The position numbers and the translations under genes are program-made. DNA of 64,000 nt from Eledone cirrhosa (taxonomy: Eukaryota). Shown piece by piece: positions 24,901 to 42,900 of this stretch (the first letter of the stretch is position 1; each line of letters begins with the position of its first letter). Below the pieces are notes generated by a model that was not told where the DNA came from, did no database searches, and saw only the letters and a program-made list of their open reading frames with translations. The stretch covers positions 372,248,001-372,312,000 of the forward strand of contig OZ024743.1 of the NCBI GenBank assembly GCA_964016885.1, read 5' to 3'.

Positions 24901-27900
24901 CCACAGTCACAACTACTGTAAGTCCACTGTATCAACACCATAGTCACAACTACTGTAAGACTACTGAATCAACACCTCAGTCACAACTACTGTAAGACCA
25001 CTGTATCAACACCACAGTCACAACTACTGTAAGACCACTGTGTCAACACCTTAGTCATAACTACTGTAAGACCACTGTATCAACACCATAGTCATAACTA
25101 CTGAAAGTCTTCTCTATCAAAACCATAGTTACAACTACTGTAAGACCACTGTATCAACACCATAGTCACAACTACTGTAAGACCACTGTATCAACACCAT
25201 AGTCATAACTACTGTAAGACCACTGTATCAATACCACAGCCACAACTACTCTGAGACCACTGTATCAACACCATAGTCACAACTACTGTAAGACCACTGT
25301 AAGAATATCATGGTCACAACCACTGTAAGACGACTGTATCAACACCACAGTCACAACTATTTTAAGACCACTGTATCATCACCATAGTCACAACTACTGT
25401 AAGATCACTGTATCAACACCATAGTCACAACTACTGTAAAATCACTGTATCAACACCATAGTCATAACTACTGTAAGACCACTGTATCAACACCATAGTC
25501 ACAACTACTGTAAGACCACTGTATCAACAACATAGTAACAACTACTGTAAGACCACTGTATCAACACCATAGTCATAACTACCGTAAGACAACTGTATCA
25601 ACACCATAGTCATAACTACTGTAAGACCACTGTATCAACAGAACAGTCTCAACTACTGTAAGACCACTGTATCAACACCATAGTCACACCTGCTGTAAGA
25701 TCACTGTATCAACACCATAGTCACAACTACTGTAAGGCCACTGTTTCAACACCACAGTCACAACTACTGTAAGACCACTGTATCAACACTATAGTCACAA
25801 CTAATGTAAGACCACTGTATCAACACCACAGTCACACCTACTGTAAGATCAATGTATCAACACCATAGTCACAACTACTGTAAGACTACTGAATCAACAC
25901 CTCAGTCACAACTACTGTAAGACCTCTGTATCAACACCTTAGTCACAACTACTGTAAGACCACTGTATCAACACCATAGTCACACCTACTGTAACATCAC
26001 TGTATCAACACCATAGTCACAACTACTGTAAGTCCACTGTATCAACACCATAGTCACAACTACTGTAAGACTACTGAATCAACACCTCAGTCACAACTAC
26101 TGTAAGACCACTGTATAAACACCTTAGTCATAACTACTGTAAGACCACTGTATCAACACCATAGTCATAACTACTGAAAGTCCTCTCTATCAACACCACA
26201 ACCACAACTACTCTAAGACCACTGTCTCAACACCACAGTCACAACTACTGTAAGACCACTGTAAGAACACCATAGTCACAACTACTGTAAGACCACTGTA
26301 TCAACACCACAGTCACAACTACTCTAAGACCACTGTATCAACACCATAGTCACAACTACTGTAAGACCACTGTATCAACACCATAATCACAATTACTGTA
26401 AGACCACTGTATCAACACCATTGTCACAACTACTGTAAGACCACTGTATCTACACCACAGTCACAACTACTGTAAGACCACTGTATCAACACCACAGTCA
26501 CAACTACTGTAAGACCACTGTATCAACACCACAGCCACAACTACTGTAAGACCACTGTATCAACACCATAGTTACAACTATTGTAAGACCACTGTATCAA
26601 CACCGTAGTCACAACTACTGTAAGACCACTGTATCAACACCACTGCCACAACTACTGTAAGACCACTGTAACAACACCATAATCACAACTACTGTAAGAC
26701 CACTGTATCAACACCGTAGTCACAACTACTGTAAGACCACTGTATCAACACCACAGTCATAACTACTGTAAGACCACTGTATCAACACCACAGTCACAAC
26801 TACGGTAAGACCACTGTATCAACACCCCACTCACAACTACTGTAAGACCACTGTATCAACCCCATAGTCACAACTACTGTAAGACCACTGTATCAACAAC
26901 ACAGTCACAACTACTCTAAGACCACTGTATCAACACCTAAGTCACAACTACTGTAAGACCACTATATTAACACCACAGTCACAACTATTGTAAGACCACT
27001 GTATCATCACCATAGTCATAACTACTGTAAGACCACTGTATCAACACCACAGTCACAACTACTGTGAGACCACTGTATCAACACCATAGTCACAACTACT
27101 GTAAGACCACTGTATCCACACCATAGTCACAACTACTGTAAGAACACTGTATCAACACCATAGTCATAACTACTGTAAGACCACTGTATGAACACCATAA
27201 TCACAACTACTGTAAGACCACTGTATCAACACCATAGTCATAACTACCGTAAGACCACTGTATCAACACCATAGTCATAACTACTGTAAGACCACTGTAT
27301 CAACACCATAGTCACAACTACTGTAAGACCACTGTATCAACACCATAGTCATAACTACTGTAAGACCACTGTATCAACACCATGGTCATAAATACTGAAA
27401 GTCCTCTGATCAACACCATAGTCACAACTACTGTAAGACCACTGTATCAACACCATAGTCATAACTACCGTAAGACCACTGTATCAACACCATAGTCATA
27501 ACTACTGTACGACCACTGTATCAACACCATAGTCATAACTACTGTAAGACCACTGTATCAACACCATGGTCATAAATACTGAAAGTCCTCTGTATCAACA
27601 CCACAGCCACAACTACTGTAAGACCACTGTATCAACACCACAGTCACAACTATTTTAAGACCACTGTATCATCACCATAGTCATAACTACTGTAAGACTA
27701 CTGTATCAACACCATAGTCACAACTACTGTAAGATCACTGTATCCACACCATAGTCACAACTACTGTAAAATCACTGTATCAACACCATAGACATAACTA
27801 CTGTAAGACCACTGTATCAACACCATAGTCACAACAACTGTAAGACCACTGTATCAACACCATAGTCATAACTACCGTAAGACAACTGTATCAACACCAT

Positions 27901-30900
27901 AGTCATAACTACTGTAAGACCACTGTATCAACAGAACAGTCACAACTACTGTAAGACCACTGTATCAACACCATAGTCACAACTACAGTAAGACCACTGT
28001 ATCAACACCACAGTCACACCTACTGTAAGATCACTGTATCAACACCATAGTCACAACTACTCTAAGACCACTGTATCAACACCACAGTCACAACTACTGT
28101 AAGACCACTATATTAACACCACAGTCACAACTATTGTAGGACCACTGTATCATCACCATAGTCATAACTACTGTAAGACCACTGTATCAACACCACAGTC
28201 ACAACTACTGTAAGACCACTGTATCAACACCATAATCACAACTACTGTAAGACCACTGTATCCACACCATAGTCACAACTACTGTAAGAACACTGTATCA
28301 ACACCATAGTCATAACTACTGTAATACCACTGTATGAACACCATAATCACAACTACTGTAAGACCACTGTATCAACACCATAGTCATAACTACCGTAAGA
28401 CCACTGTATCACCACCATAGTCATAACTACTGTAAGACCACTGTATCAACACCATAGTCACAACTACTGTAAGACCACTGTATGAACACCATAGTCACAA
28501 CTACTGTAAGACCACTGTATCAACACCACAGTCACAACTACTGTAAGACCACTGTATCAACACCTTAGTCATAACTACTGTAAGACCACTGTATCAACAC
28601 CATAGTCATAACTACTGAAAGTCCTCTCTATCAACACCACAGCCACAACTACTCTAAGACCACTGTATCAACACCATAGTCACAACTACTGTAAGACCAC
28701 TGTATAAACACCTTAGTCACAACTACTGTAAGACCACTGTATCAACACCATAATCACAACTACTGTAAGACCACTGTATCAACACCATAGTCACAACTAC
28801 TGTAAGACCACTATATAAACACCACAGTCACAACTACTGTAAGTCCACTGTATCAACACCATAGTCACAACTACTGTAAGACCACTGTATCAACACCATA
28901 ATCACAACTACTGTAAGAACACTGTATCAACACCATTGTCACAACTACTGTAAGACCACTGTATCTACACCACAGTCACAACTACTGTAAGACCACTGTA
29001 TCAACACCACAGTCACAACTACTGTAAGACCACTGTATCAACACCACAGCCACAACTACTGTAAGACCACTGTATCAACACCATAGTTACAACTACTGTA
29101 AGACCACTGTATCAACACCGTAGTCACAACTACTGTAAGACCACTGTATCAACACCACTGCCACAACTACTGTAAGACCACTGTAACAACACCATAATCA
29201 CAACTACTGTAAGACCACTGTATCAACACCGTAGTCACAACCACTGTAAGACCACTGTATCAACACCACAATCATAACTACTGTAAGACCACTGTATCAA
29301 CACCACAGTCACAACTACGGTAAGACCACTGTATCAACACCCCACTCACAACTACTGTAAGACCACTGTATCAACCCCACAGTCACAACTACTGTAAGAC
29401 CACTGTATCATCACCATAGTCACAACTACTGTAAGACCACTGTATCAACAACACAGTCACAACTACTCTAAGACCACTGTATCAACACCACAGTCACAAC
29501 TACTCTAAGACCACTGTATCAACACCACAGTCACAACTACTGTAAGACAACTGTATCAACACCATAGTCATAACTACCGTAAGACCACTGTATCAACAGC
29601 AGAGTCATAAGACCACTGTATCAACACCATAGTCACAACTACAGTAAGACCACTGTATCAACACCGCAGTCATAACTACTCTAAGACCACTGTATCAACA
29701 CCATAGTCACAACTATTTTAAGACCACTGTATCAACACCACAGTCACAACTAGAGTAAGACCACTGTATCAACACCATAGTCACAACTACTGTAAGACCA
29801 CTGTATCAACACCATAGTCATAACTACTGTAAGACCACTGTATGAACACCATAGTCATAACTATCGTAAGACCACTGTATCACCACCATAGTCATAACTA
29901 CGGTAAGACCACTGTATCAACACCACAGTCATAACTACTGTAAGACCACTGTATCAACACCACAGCCACAACTACTGTAAGACCACTGTATCAACACCAC
30001 AGTATCAACACCGCAGTCATAACTACTCTAAGACCACTGTATCAACACCATAGTCACAACTATTTTAAGACCACTGTATCAACACCACAGTCACAACTAG
30101 AGTAAGACCACTGTATGAACACCATAATCACAACTACTGTAAGACCACTGTATCAACACCATAGTCATAACTACCGTAAGACCACTGTATCAACACCATA
30201 GTCATAACTACTGTAAGACCACTGTATCAACACCATAGTCACAACTACTGTAAGACCACTGTATCAACACCATAGTCATAACTACCGTAAGACCACTGTA
30301 TCAATACCATAGTCATAACTACTGTACGACCACTGTATCAACACCATAGTCATAACTACTGTAAGACCACTGTATCAACACCATGATCATAAATACTGAA
30401 AGTCCTCTGTATCAACACAATAGTCACAACTACTGTAAGACCACTGTATCAAAAACCACAGCCACAACTACTGTAAGACCACTGTATCAACACCACAGTC
30501 ACAACTATTTTAAGAACACTGTATTATCTCCATAATCATAACTACTGTAAGACTACTGTATCAACATCATAGTCACAACTACTGTAAGATCACTGTATCA
30601 ACACCATAGTCACAACTACTGTAAAATCACTGTATCAACACCATAGTCATAACTACCGTAAGACCACTGTATCAACACCATAGTCACAACTACTGTAAGA
30701 CCACTGTATCAACACCATAGTAACAACTACTGTAAGACCACTGTATCAACACCATAGTCATCACAACCGTAAGACAACTGTATCAACACCATAGTCATAA
30801 CTACTGTAAGACCATGTATCAACACCATAATCACAACTACTGTAAGACCACTGTATCAACACCATTGTCACAACTACTGTAAGACCACTGTATCTACACC

Positions 30901-33900
30901 ACAGTCACAACTACTGTAAGACCACTGTATCAACACCACAGTCACAACTACTGTAAGACCACTGTATCAACACCACAGCCACAACTACTGTAAGACCACT
31001 GTATCAACACCATAGTTACAACTACTGTAAGACCACTGTATCAACACCGTAGTCACAACTACTGTAAGACCACTGTATCAACACCACTGCCACAACTACT
31101 GTAAGACCACTGTAACAACACCATAATCACAACTACTGTAAGACCAGTGTATCAACACCGTAGTCACAACTGCTGTAAGACCACTGTATCAACACCACAG
31201 TCATAACTACTGTAAGACCACTGTATCAACACCACAGTCACAACTACGGTAAGACCACTGTATCAACACCCCACTCACAACTACTGTAAGACGACTGTAT
31301 CAACCCCACAGTCACAACTACTCTAAGACCACTGTATCAACACCACAGTCACAACTACTGTAAGACAACTGTATCAACACCATAGTCATAACTACCGTAA
31401 GACCACTGTATAACAGCAGAGTCATAAGACCACTGTATCAACACCATAGTCACAACTACAGTAAGACCACTGTATCAACACCGCAGTCATAACTACTCTA
31501 AGACCACTGTATCAACACCATAGTCACAACTATTTTAAGACCACTGTATCAACGCCACCGTCACAACTAGAGTAAGACCACTGTAAGAACATCATGGTCA
31601 CAACCACTGTAAGACCACTGTATCAACACCACAGTCACAACTACTCTAAGACCACTGTATCAACACCATAGTCACAACTACTGTAAGACCACTGTATAAA
31701 CACCTTAGTCACAACTACTGTAAGACCACTGTATCAACACCATAATCACAACTACTGTAAGACCACTGTATCAACACCATAGTCACAACTACTGTAAGAC
31801 CACTGTATCAACACCACAGTCACAACTACTGTATGACCACTGTATCCACACCATAGTCACAACTACTGTAAGACCAATGAATCAACACCATAGTTACAAC
31901 TACTGTAAGACCACTGTATCAACACCACAGTCACAACTACTGTAAGACCACTGTATCAACACCCCACTCACAACTACTGTAAGACCACTGTATCAACACC
32001 ACAGTCACAACTACTGTAAGACCACTGTATCAACACCATAGTCACAACTACTGTAAGACCACTGTATCAACAGCACAGTCACAACTACTCTAAGACCACT
32101 GTATCAACACCACAGTCACAACTACTGTAAGACCACTGTATCAACACCATAGTTACAACTACTGTAAGACCACTGTATCAACACCGTAGTCACAACTACT
32201 GTAAGACCACTGTATCAACACCATAGTCATAACTACTGTAAGACTACTGTATCAACACCATAGTCACAACTACTGTATGATCACTGTATCAACCCCATAG
32301 TCACAACTACTGTAAAAAACTGTATCAACACCATAGTCATAACTACCGTAAGACCACTGTATCAACACCATAGTCATAACTACTGTAAGACCACTGTATC
32401 AACACCACAGTCACAACTACAGTAAGACCACTGTATCAACACCATAGTCACAACTACTGTAAGACCACAGTATCAACACCATAGTCACAACTACTGTAAG
32501 ACCACTGTATGAACACCATAGTCATAACTACCGTAAGACCTCTGTATCAACACCATAGTCATAACTACTGTAAGACCACTGTATGAACACCACAGTCATA
32601 ACTACTGTAAGACCACTGTATCAACACCATAGTCATAACTATTGAAAGACCTCCGTATCAATACCATAGTCACAACTACTGTAAGACAACTGTATCAACA
32701 CCAGAGCCACAACTACTATAAGACCACTGTATCAACACCACAGTCACAACTATTGTAAGACCACTGTATCAACACCATAGTCACAACTACTGTAAGACCA
32801 CTGTATGAACACCATAGTCATAACTACTGAAAGTCCTCTGTATCAACACCATAGTCACAACTACTGTAAGACCATTGTATCAACACCATAGTCATAACTA
32901 CTGAAATTCTTCTCTATCAACACCATAGTTACAACTACTGTAAGACCACTGTATCAACACCATAGTCACAACTACTGTAAGACCACTGTATCAACACCAT
33001 AGTCATAACTACTGTAAAAACAATGTATCAATACCACAGCCACAACTACTCTGAGACCACTGTATCAACACCATAGTCACAACTACTGTAAGACCACTGT
33101 ATCAACACCACTGCCACAACTACTGTAAGACCACTGTAACAACACCGTAGTCACAACTACTGTAAGACCACTGTATCAACACCACTGCCACAACTACTGT
33201 AAGACCACTGTAACAACACCATAATCACAACTACTGTAAGACCACTGTATCAACACCGTAGTCACAGCTACTGTAAGACCACTGTATCAACACCACAGTC
33301 ATAACTACTGTAAGACCACTGTATCAACACCACAGTCACAACTACGGTAAGACCACTGTATCAACACCCCACTCAAAACTACTGTAAGACCACTGTATCA
33401 ACCCCACAGTCACAACTACTGTAAGACCACTGTATCATCACCATAGTCACAACTACTGTAAGACCACTGTATCAACAACACAGTCACAACTACTCTAAGA
33501 CCACTGTATCAACACCACAGTCACAACTACTCTAAGACCACTGTATCAACACCACAGTCACAACTACTGTAAGACAACTGTATCAACACCATATTCATAA
33601 CTACCGTAAGACCACTGTATCAACAGCAGAGTCATAAGACCACTGTATCAACACCATAGTCACAACTACAGTAAGACCACTGTATCAACACCGCAGTCAT
33701 AACTACTCTAAGACCACTGTATCAACACCATAGTCACAACTATTTTAAGACCACTGTATCAACACCACAGTCACAACTAGAGTAAGACCACTGTATCAAC
33801 ACCATAGTCACAACTACTGTAAGACCACTGTATCAACACCATAGTCACAACTACTGTAAGACCACTGTATGAACACCATTGTCATAACTACCGTAAGACC

Positions 33901-36900
33901 ACTGTATCACCACCATAGTCATAACTACGGTAAGACCACTGTATCAACACCACAGTCATAACTACTGTAAGACCACTGTATCAACACCACAGCCACAACT
34001 ACTGTAAGACCACTGTATCAACACCACAGTATCAACACCGCAGTCATAACTACTCTAAGACCACTGTATCAACACCATAGTCACAACTATTTTAAGACCA
34101 CTGTATCAACACCACAGTCACAACTACAGTAAGACCACTGTATGAACACCATAATCACAACTACTGTAAGACCACTGTATCAACACCATAGTCATAACTA
34201 CCGTAAGACCACTGTATCAACACCATAGTCATAACTACTGTAAGACCACTGTATCAACACCATAGTCACAACTACTGTAAGACCACTGTATCAACACCAT
34301 AGTCATAACTACCGTAAGACCACTGTATCAACACCATAGTCATAACTACTCTAAGACCACTGTATCAACACCATAGTCACAACTATTTTAAGACCACTGT
34401 ATCAACACCACAGTCACAACTAGAGTAAGACCACTGTATCAACACCATAGTCACAACTACTGTAAGACCACTGTATCAACACCATAGTCACAACTACTGT
34501 AAGACCACTGTATGAACACCATAGTCATAACTACCGTAAGACCACTGTATCACCACCATAGTCATAACTACGGTAAGACCACTGTATCAACACCACAGTC
34601 ATAACTACTGTAAGACCACTGTATCAACACCACAGCCACAACTACTGTAAGACCACTGTATCAACACCACAGTATCAACACCGCAGTCATAACTACTCTA
34701 AGACCACTGTATCAACACCATAGTCACAACTATTTTAAGACCACTGTATCAACACCACAGTCACAACTAGAGTAAGACCACTGTATGAACACCATAATCA
34801 CAACTACTGTAAGACCACTGTATCAACACCATAGTCATAACTACCGTAAGACCACTGTATCAACACCATAGTCATAACTACTGTAAGACCACTGTATCAA
34901 CACCATAGTCACAACTACTGTAAGACCACTGTATCAACACCATAGTCATAACTACCGTAAGACCACTGTATCAATACCATAGTCATAACTACTGTACGAC
35001 CACTGTATCAACACCATAGTCATAACTACTGTAAGACCACTGTATCAACACCATGGTCATAAATACTGAAAGTCCTCTGTATCAACACAATAGTCACAAC
35101 TACTGTAAGACCACTGTATCAAAAACCACAGCCACAACTACTGTAAGACCACTGTATCAACACCACAGTCACAACTATTTTAAGAACACTGTATCATCTC
35201 CATAGTCATAACTACTGTAAGACTACTGTATCAACATCATAGTCACAACTACTGTAAGATCACTGTATCAAAACCATAGTCACAACTACTGTAAAATCAC
35301 TGTATCAACACCATAGTCATAACTACCGTAAGACCACTGTATCAACACCATAGTCACAACTACTGTAAGACCACTGTATCAACACCATAGTAACAACTAC
35401 TGTAAGACCACTGTATCAACACCATAGTCATAACAACCGTAAGACAACTGTATCAACACCATAGTCATAACTACTGTAAGACCACTGTATCAACACCATA
35501 GTCACAACTAGTGTAAGACCACTGTATTAACACCATAGTCATAACTACCGTAAGACCACTGTATCAACACCATAGTCATAACTACTGTAAGACCACTGTA
35601 TCAACACCATGGTCATAAATACTGAAAGTCCTCTGTATCAACACCATAGTCACAACTACTGTAAGACCACTGTATCAACACCACAGCCACAACTACTGTA
35701 AGACCACTGTATCAACACCACAGTCACAACTATTGTAAGACCACTGTATCATCAGCATAGTCATAACTACTGTAAGACTACTGTATCAACACCATAGTCA
35801 CAACTACTGTAAGACCACTGTATCAACACCATAGTCACAACTACTGTAAGACCACTGTATCAACACCTTAGTAACAACTACTGTAAGACCACTGTATCAA
35901 CACCATAGTCATAACTACCGTAAGACAACTGTATCAACACCATAGTCATAACTACTGTAAGACCACTGTGTCAACACCTTAGTCATAACTACTGTAAGAC
36001 CACTGTATCAACACCATAGTCACAACTACTGTAAGACCACTGTATCAACACCATAGTCACACCTACTGTAAGATCACTGTATCAACACCATAGTCACAAC
36101 TACTGTAAGGCCACTGTATCAACACCACAGTCACAACTACTGTAAGACCACTGTATCAACACCATAGTCACAACTACTGTAAGACCACTGTATCAACACC
36201 ACAGTCACAACTACTGTAAGTCCACTGTATCAACACCATAGTCACAACTACTGTAAGACTACTGAATCAACACGTCAGTCACAACTACTGTAAGACCACT
36301 GTATCAACACCTTAGTCATAACTACTGTAAGACCACTGTATCAACACCATAGTCATAACTACTGAAAGTCCTCTCTATCAACACCACAGCCACAATTACT
36401 CTAAGACCACTGTATCAACACCACAGTCACAACTACTGTAAGACCACTGTAAGAACACCTTAGTCATAACTACTGTAAGGCCACTGTATCAACACCACAG
36501 TCACAACTACTGTAAGACCACTGTAAGAACACCATAGTCACAACTACTGTAAGACCACTGTATCAACACCACAGTCACAACTACTGTAAGACCACTGTAT
36601 CAACACCATAGTCACAACTACTGTAAGACCACTGTATCAACACCACAGTCACAACTACTGTAAGTCCACTGTATCAACACCATAGTCACAACTACTGTAA
36701 GACTACTGAATCAACACCTCAGTCACAACTACTGTAAGACCACTGTATCAACACCACAGTCACAACTACTGTAAGACCACTGTGTCAACACCTTAGTCAT
36801 AACTACTGTAAGACCACTGTATCAACACCATAGTCATAACTACTGAAAGTCTTCTCTATCAACACCATAGTTACAACTACTGTAAGACCACTGTATCAAC

Positions 36901-39900
36901 ACCATAGTCACAACTACTGTAAGACCACTGTAAGAATATCATGGTCACAACCACTGTAAGACCACTGTATCAACACCACAGTCACAACTATTTTAAGACC
37001 ACTGTATCATCACCATAGTCACAACTACTGTAAGATCACTGTATCAACACCATAGTCACAACTACTGTAAAATCACTGTATCAACACCATAGTCATAACT
37101 ACTGTAAGACCACTGTATCAACACCATAGTCACAACTACTGTAAGACCACTGTATCAACAACATAGTAACAACTACTGTAAGACCACTGTATCAACACCA
37201 TAGTCATAACTACCGTAAGACAACTGTATCAACACCATAGTCATAACTACTGTAAGACCACTGTATCAACAGAACTGTCTCAACTACTGTAAGACCACTG
37301 TATCAACACCATAGTCACACCTGCTGTAAGATCACTGTATCAACACCATAGTCACAACTACTGTAAGGCCATTGTATCAACACCACAGTCACAACTACTG
37401 TAAGACCACTGTATCAACACCATAGTCACAACTACTGTAAGACCACTGTATCAACACCACAGTCACACCTACTGTAAGATCAATGTATCAACACCATAGT
37501 CACAACTACTGTAAGGCCACTGTATCAACACCACAGTCACAACTACTGTAAGACCACTGTATCAACACCATAGTCACAACTACTGTAAGATCACTGTATC
37601 AACACCATAGTCACAACTACTGTAAGTCCACTGTATCAACACCATAGTCACAACTACTGTAAGACTACTGAATCAACACCTCAGTCACAACTACTGTAAG
37701 ACCACTGTATCAACACCTTAGTCACAACTACTGTAAGACCACTGTATCAACACCATAGTCACACCTACTGTAACATCACTGTATCAACACCATAGTCACA
37801 ACTACTGTAAGGCCACTGTATCAACACCACAGTCACAACTACTGTAAGACCACTGTATCAACACCATAGTCACAACTACTGTAAGACCACTGTATCAACA
37901 CCACAGTCACAACTACTGTAAGTCCACTGTATCAACACCATAGTCACAACTACTGTAAGACTAATGAATCAACACCTCAGTCACAACTACTGTAAGACCA
38001 CTGTATCAACACCATAGTCATAACTACTGAAAGTCCTCTCTATCAACACCACAACCACAACTACTCTAAGACCACTGTATCAACACCACACTCACAACTA
38101 CTGTAAGACCACTGTAAGAACACCATAGTCACAACTACTGTAAGACCACTGTATCAACACCATAGTCACAACTACTGTAAGACCACTGTATCAACACCAT
38201 AATCACAACTACTGTAAGACCACTGTATCAACACCATTGTCACAACTACTGTAAGACCACTGTATCTACACCACAGTCACAACTACTGTAAGACCACTGT
38301 ATCAACACCACAGTCACAACTACTGTAAGACCACTGTATCAACACCACAGCCACAACTACTGTAAGACCACTGTATCAACACCATAGTTACAACTATTGT
38401 AAGACCACTGTATCAACACCGTAGTCACAACTACTGTAAGACCACTGTATCAACACCACTGCCACAACTACTGTAAGACCACTGTAACAACACCATAATC
38501 ACAACTACTATAAGACCACTGTATCAACACCGTAGTCACAACTACTGTAAGACCACTGTATCAACACCACAGTCATAACTACTGTAAGACCACTGTATCA
38601 ACACCACAGTCACAACTACGGTAAGACCACTGTATCAACACCCCACTCACAACTACTGTAAGACCACTGTATCAACCCCATAGTCACAACTACTGTAAGA
38701 CCACTGTATCAACAACACAGTCACAACTACTCTAAGACCACTGTATCAACACCTAAGTCACAACTACTGCAAGACCACTATATTAACACCACAGTCACAA
38801 CTATTGTAAGACCACTGTATCATCACCATAGTCATAACTACTGTAAGACCACTGTATCAACACCACAGTCACAACTACTGTGAGACCACTGTATCAACAC
38901 CATAGTCACAACTACTGTAAGACCACTGTATCCACACCATAGTCACAACTACTGTAAGAACACTGTATCAACACCATAGTCATAACTACTGTAAGACCAC
39001 TGTATCAACACCTTAGTCATAACTACTGTAAGACCACTGTATCAACACCATAGTCATAACTACTGAAAGTCCTCTCTATCAACACCACAGCCACAATTAC
39101 TCTAAGACCACTGTATCAACACCATAGTCACAACTACTGTAAGACCACTGTATCAACACCACAGTCACACCTACTGTAAGATCACTGTATCAACACCATA
39201 GTCACAACTACTGTAAGACCACTGTATCAACAACACAGTCACAACTACTCTAAGACCACTGTATCAACACCACAGTCACAACTACTGTAAGACCACTATA
39301 TTAACACCACAGTCACAACTATTGTAAGACCACTGTATCATCACCATAGTCATAACTACTGTAAGACCACTGTATCAACACCAGAGTCACAACTACTGTA
39401 AGACCACTGTATGAACACCATAATCACAACTACTGTAAGACCACTGTATCAACACCATAGTCACAACTACTGTAAGACCACTGTATCAACACCATAGTCA
39501 TAACTACTGTAAGACCACTGTATCAACACCATGGTCATAAATACTGAAAGTCCTCTGATCAACACCATAGTCACAACTACTGTAAGACCACTGTATCAAC
39601 ACCATAGTCATAACTACCGTAAGACCACTGTATCAACACCATAGTCATAACTACTGTACGACCACTGTATCAACACCATAGTCATAACTACTGTAAGACC
39701 ACTGTATCAACACCATGGTCATAAATACTGAAAGTCCTCTGTATCAACACCACAGCCACAACTACTGTAAGACCACTGTATCAACACCACAGTCACAACT
39801 ATTTTAAGACCACTGTATCATCACCATAGTCATAACTACTGTAAGACTACTGTATCAACACCATAGTCACAACTACTGTAAGATCACTGTATCAACACCA

Positions 39901-42900
39901 TAGTCACAACTACTGTAAAATCACTGTATCAACACCATAGACATAACTACTGTAAGACCACTGTATCAACACCATAGTCACAACTACTGTAAGACCACTG
40001 TATCAACACCATAGTCATAACTACCGTAAGACAACTGTATCAACACCATAGTCATAACTACTGTAAGACCACTGTATCAATAGAACAGTCACAACTACTG
40101 TAAGACCACTGTATCAACACCATAGTCACAACTACTGTAAGACCACTGTATCAACACCACAGTCACACCTACTGTAAGATCACTGTATCAACACCATAGT
40201 CACAACTACTGTAAGACCACTGTATAAACAACACAGTCACAACTACTCTAAGACCACTGTATCAACACCACAGTCACAACTACTGTAAGACCACTATATT
40301 AACACCACAGTCACAACTATTGTAAGACCACTGTATCATCACCATAGTCATAACTACTGTAAGACCACTGTATCAACACCATAATCACAACTACTGTAAG
40401 ACCACTGTATCCACACCATAGTCACAACTACTGTAAGAACACTGTATCAACACCATAGTCATAACTACTGTAAGACCACTGTATGAACACCATAATCACA
40501 ACTACTGTAAGACCACTGTATCAACACCATAGTCATAACTACCGTAAGACCACTGTATCAACACCATAGTCATAACTACTGTAAGACCACTGTATCCACA
40601 CCATAGTCACAACTACTGTAAGACCACTGTATGAACACCATAGTCACAACTACTGTAAGACCACTGTATCAACACCACAGTCACAACTACTGTAAGACCA
40701 CTGTATCAACACCTTAGTCATAACTACTGTAAGACCACTGTATCAACACCATAGTCATAACTACTGAAAGTCCTCTCTATCAACACCACAGCCACAACTA
40801 CTCTAAGACCACTGTATCAACACCACAGTCACAACTACTGTAAGACCACTGTAAGCACACCATAGTCACAACTACTCTAAGACCACTGTATCAACACCAC
40901 AGTCACAACTACTCTAAGACCACTGTATCAACACCATAGTCACAACTACTGTAAGACCACTATATAAACACCACAGTCACAACTACTGTAAGTCCACTGT
41001 ATCAACACCATAGTCACAACTACTGTAAGACCACTGTATCAACACCATAATCACAACTACTGTAAGACCACTGTATCAACACCATTGTCACAACTACTGT
41101 AAGACCACTGTATCTACACCACAGTCACAACTACTGTAAGACCACTGTATCAACACCACAGTCACAACTACTGTAAGACCACTGTATCAACAACATAGTC
41201 ACAACTACTGTAAGACCACTGTATCAACACCACAGTCACAACTACTGTAAGTCCACTGTATCAACACCATAGTCACAACTACTGTAAGACTACTGAATCA
41301 ACACCACAGTCACAACTACTGTAAGACGACTGTGTCAACACCTTAGTCATAACTACTGTAAGACCACTGTATCAACACCATAGTCACAACTACTGTAAGA
41401 CCACTGTATCAACAACATAGTAACAACTACTGTAAGACCACTGTATCAACACCATAGTCATAACTACCGTAAGAAAACTGTATCAACACCATAGTCATAA
41501 CTACTGTAAGACCACTGTATCAACAGAACAGTCTCAACTGCTGTAAGACCACTGTATCAACACCATAGTCACACCTGCTGTAAGATCACTGTATCAACAC
41601 CATAGTCACAACTACTGTAAGGCCACTGTATCAACACCACAGTCACAACTACTGTAAGACCACTGTATCAACGCCATAGTCACAACTACTGTAAGACCAC
41701 TGTATCAACACCACAGTCACACCTACTGTAAGATCAATGTATCAACACCATAGTCACAACTACTGTAAGGCCACTGTATCAACACCACAGTCACAACTAC
41801 AGTAAGACCACTGTATCAACACCATAGTCACAACTACTGTAAGATCACTGTATCAACACCATAGTCACAACTACTGTAAGTCCACTGTATCAACACCATA
41901 GTCACAACTACTGTAAGACTACTGAATCAACACCTCAGTCACAACTACTGTAAGACCACTGTATCAACACCTTAGTCACAACTACTGTAATACCACTGTA
42001 TCAACACCATAGTCACACCTACTGTAACATCACTGTATCAACACCATAGTCACAACTACTGTAAGGCCACTGTATCAACACCACAGTCACAACTACTGTA
42101 AGTCCACTGTATCAACACCATAGTCACAACTACTGTAAGACTACTGAATCAACACCTCAGTCACAACTACTGTAAGACCACTGTATCAACACCACAGTCA
42201 CAACTACTGTAAGACCACTGTGTCAACACCTTAGTCATAACTACTGTAAGACCACTGTATCAACACCATAGTCATAACTACTGAAAGTCTTCTCTATCAA
42301 AACCATAGTTACAACTACTGTAAGACCACTGTATCAACACCATAGTCACAACTACTGTAAGACCACTGTATCAACACCATAGTCATAACTACTGTAAGAC
42401 CACTGTATCAATACCACAGCCACAACTACTCTGAGACCACTGTATCAACACCATAGTCACAACTACTGTAAGACCACTGTAAGAATATCATGGTCACAAC
42501 CACTGTAAGACCACTGTATCAACACCACAGTCACAACTATTTTAAGACCACTGTATCATCACCATAGTCACAACTACTGTAAGATCACTGTATCAACACC
42601 ATAGTTACAACTACTGTAAAATCACTGTATCAACACCATAGTCATAACTACTGTAAGACCACTGTATCAACACCATAGTCACAACTACTGTAAGACCACT
42701 GTATCAACAACATAGTAACAACTACTGTAAGACCACTGTATCAACACCATAGTCATAACTACCGTAAGACAACTGTATCAACACCATAGTCATAACTACT
42801 GTAAGACCACTGTATCAACAGAACAGTCTCAACTACTGTAAGACCACTGTATCAACACCATAGTCACACCTGCTGTAAGATCACTGTATCAACACCATAG

